Part shown: positions 63,025-64,000 of the stretch, piece after piece | Position numbering within the stretch: the first letter of the stretch is position 1 | Layout of the letters: each line of letters starts with the position of its first letter | Made by a program: the position numbers and the translations under genes | The notes under the pieces: model-generated | The model's database searches: none | Told to the model about the DNA's origin: nothing | Seen by the model: the letters and a program-made list of their open reading frames with translations, nothing else | Source of the DNA: Podarcis cretensis | Lineage: Eukaryota | DNA: 64,000 bases | Assembly: GCA_951804945.1 (NCBI GenBank) | Contig: OX638158.1 | Location: 41,540,001 to 41,604,000, forward strand | Reading direction: 5' to 3'

Positions 63025-63373
63025 GTTTATCTTGTTCTTTGTTTATTAAAAGCAGTGCTCCTATTATAGTAATGGAAATGGATAGGTTTTAGCCATAGTG
63101 GTCCAAGGAGTCTGGATGTTCAGTGACAGAGGCACAACATTCACTGCTACTCAGGAAGATTGGCTTGGTAAGGAGGAACTGTAGTCCAGCCAAGGCCTTG
63201 CCTCAAGGCCATTCCTCTTTCTGGAAAGTGACTCTTGTACAAGTGGCCTGAGAAAACTAAAAGGTGTTAATCAGTGCCAACAGTGTTTCAGTGTACTAGG
63301 CTTTCTGTTTTTAATTTCTCTCAAAATTAACATTTGAAATGAGGCTGATCGGTATGCATTTCTTTCCAATTAG

Positions 63374-63594
63374 GTGAAATCCCTTGGAGATCATGAATGG
63401 AGCAGAAGTCAACCGATGGGTGTTCTGAGCAGCCATCATTTTGAGAGTGACACTGAAATGTCTGACATTGATGATGATGACAGAGATACAATATTTAGCT
63501 CCATGGATCTTCTGTCGCCAAGTGGACATTCTGATGCCCAAACCCTTGCTATGATGCTTCAGGAACAACTGGATGCAATCAACAAAGAAATCAG
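63374..63594 (+). CDS. PPFIA2: Liprin-alpha-2 coding exon (VKSLGDHEWSRSQPMG...AMMLQEQLDAINKEI-R)
   Basis: aattag|GTG...ATCAG|gtactt; 221 nt; contains the conserved DAQTLAMMLQEQLDAINKEIR motif. Confidence 0.95.
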
Positions 63595-64000
63595 GTACTT
63601 GTACATCACCAAAAAACAGAGAGCTTTCTCATCCCAGGCAACAAATCGTGCAAATACTTGCAATAAATAAAATGGGTTTATTCACATGCATCTGGCTGGT
63701 CTCTGAGGGAAGCAGAAGAACCAACTTAGGTGGAATTTTATTCATAGCAGCAGTGCAATCCTGAAACACATATTATGTATTTTTCAAAAGAAAAGGCAAA
63801 TGTGTATATTTGTTTAAGAGAATTTGTATACCGCTTTATTGTCAGCAAAACCAGTAAGCATTTAATGTCTCCCCAAAAGTAGACCCTTTAGTTCAGCTAT
63901 GTTCATGTAACATAAGAGACAACTACGCAATACCTTTCAGCCCCTTAACATTTCAACTGTTTGTTGTGTAGGTTTTCCACCTTTCAAGGTGGAATGTTTC

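Overview
This is vertebrate intronic DNA, and the repeat content (Sauria-type SINEs, BovB, L1, L2, Penelope-like, hAT and Tc1/mariner MITEs) points to a squamate, probably a lacertid lizard. The + strand carries 13 consecutive internal coding exons of PPFIA2 (liprin-alpha-2; N-terminal coiled-coil region, [10 protein letters not shown]... to ...LDAINKEIR), all with canonical AG/GT ends. The start and stop codons lie outside the window. The introns are TE-rich, including two 5'-truncated antisense L1 copies, one with an 18-bp TSD. The most notable observations are: (1) a fold-back Penelope-like element with two oppositely oriented minimal hammerhead ribozyme motifs; (2) a GC-rich array of alternately inverted ~114-bp monomers; (3) an intronic echo of a PPFIA2 exon that differs only at synonymous sites; (4) an exon that starts with a 5' splice-site motif (recursive-splice candidate); (5) a candidate in-frame 51-nt cassette exon next to two N gaps. 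No prokaryotic system is present. TE family names are from pattern recognition only and were not database-checked.
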